A stretch of DNA of 64,000 nt from Phoronis australis. Taxonomy: Eukaryota > Animalia > Phoronida. The stretch spans positions 1 through 64,000 of the forward strand of contig NMRA01000881.1 of assembly GCA_002633005.1 (NCBI GenBank), given 5' to 3'. A model generated the notes under the pieces. It did not search any database. It was given only the letters and a program-made list of their open reading frames with translations, and was not told the origin of the DNA. The translations under genes and the position numbers were made by a program. This document shows, one piece after another, positions 62,872-64,000 of this stretch. Within the stretch, counting starts at the first letter, position 1. Every line of letters begins with the position of its first letter.

Positions 62872-64000
62872 AAGTAATACGGTGAAAAACTCGTGAAAAT
62901 TGCAGTTCGAGACTCAAACTCTGCGAAGGTAACGATTTTGAACTTGTCTTTCATTTACCTTCCTTTATACGTATTTCATGAAGCACGTCACGTGGAAATT
63001 TTCACTGTCAAGAAAAAACAAGAAAGTGGTTAACTGTACTTAGCAATTTCACAATTGGAAGGACACGCCTATCACAAACGAATATAAGTCCACGAGGAAC
63101 CATTTTTGATTAATTTTCAAGTTTAGAAAAGATTTACTTGAAAGTTGCTTTTCCTCAACATTTTTCCTTGCCCAACTTTTCTTGCTTTGCCCAACTGAAT
63201 CCACAACTACCAGGGGTCTGTCAGACACCCGACATCTCCTGCCCCAGAAGATACGCCCGTACCTATATTGACTCATCGGCCTCAATTCCAATGCAGATCC
63301 AGGATTTTGGGAGAAGTGAACTGAATAAATACACACGTGTGCGCACGCAAGCACGCATTAACATCTGCCCACGTACCCACACTCAAAGGTTACTGTCAGG
63401 TCATTTTACTTGGTTGAGTTTATGATAATGAACAGAAAGCGCCACAAGAATATTCTTTGAAAAATCATTTTGTAACATTCATAAAAGTTTCTGAACTCAA
63501 CCCCCGGGCAAACACCTTATTAAACCCGTGCTTTCTGTCAAACAACAACATTTGATTTACGCCACTTACCGTTATGAAATTGGTCTTTAATTGTTCCTTA
63601 GTCAAAAAAGCTGCGATTTCTGTGCTTGAAAATAACTGCCTCAGACCAAGGTCGCAAAATTTCAAGTTATTTTATTAGCCTGGTTTGCAAATTATATAAT
63701 GAAATTCTTTCAATTGGCTCTTTTTGGGCCAAGAGATGACTTATGAACTGATTGTGGAGTATGGTCAGACTACCTTCACAACGGTAAGTGGATTAAACCA
63801 AAACTTTGTTTACAGAACGCACAGGTTTACTGGCTGACATAAGCAGTTTTCAAAATTCGAAAGATAGTTCAAGGCTTGTGAGCTCAGAAGCAAATGCATC
63901 TGAGCACAGAGGCCATTTCAAGTTATAGTAAATAATCTCTACTCCAGCTCTTGACTGGCCTAGTTGGTGTGGTAATACTGTCTATTCAGACATCACATTT

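Overview
Repeat-rich, AT-rich genomic DNA from a eukaryote. The transposon mix (Kolobok, Academ, Crypton, IS3EU, pogo, Harbinger-like MITEs, RTE/L2-type LINE fragments, a tRNA-derived SINE) suggests a non-vertebrate, probably marine, animal; this is inference. There is no long conserved protein-coding gene, rRNA, intact tRNA or CRISPR array. Clear mobile elements are an Academ transposon nested in a decayed Crypton tyrosine-recombinase element (about 31.8-38.0 kb), a THAP-Kolobok fold-back element (38.1-39.4 kb), another Kolobok (12.8-14.4 kb), a pogo derivative, an IS3EU-type element and several MITEs. An old degenerate tandem array covers about 1.9-10 kb, and an 869-bp duplication across a single N is probably an assembly artefact. 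The most interesting signal is a set of small secreted-peptide gene candidates that the ORF track splits or misses. One is a complete two-exon gene (TATA, phase-matched intron, AATAAA) for a 67-aa precursor with an RR site and a 4-Cys DDH-like peptide (25833-26897, minus). A head-to-head spliced signal-peptide gene starts at 30015 (plus). A signal-peptide ORF at 58716 (minus) extends through two TGA codons to 170 codons with six mature Cys. All gene models were read by eye and have no expression evidence.
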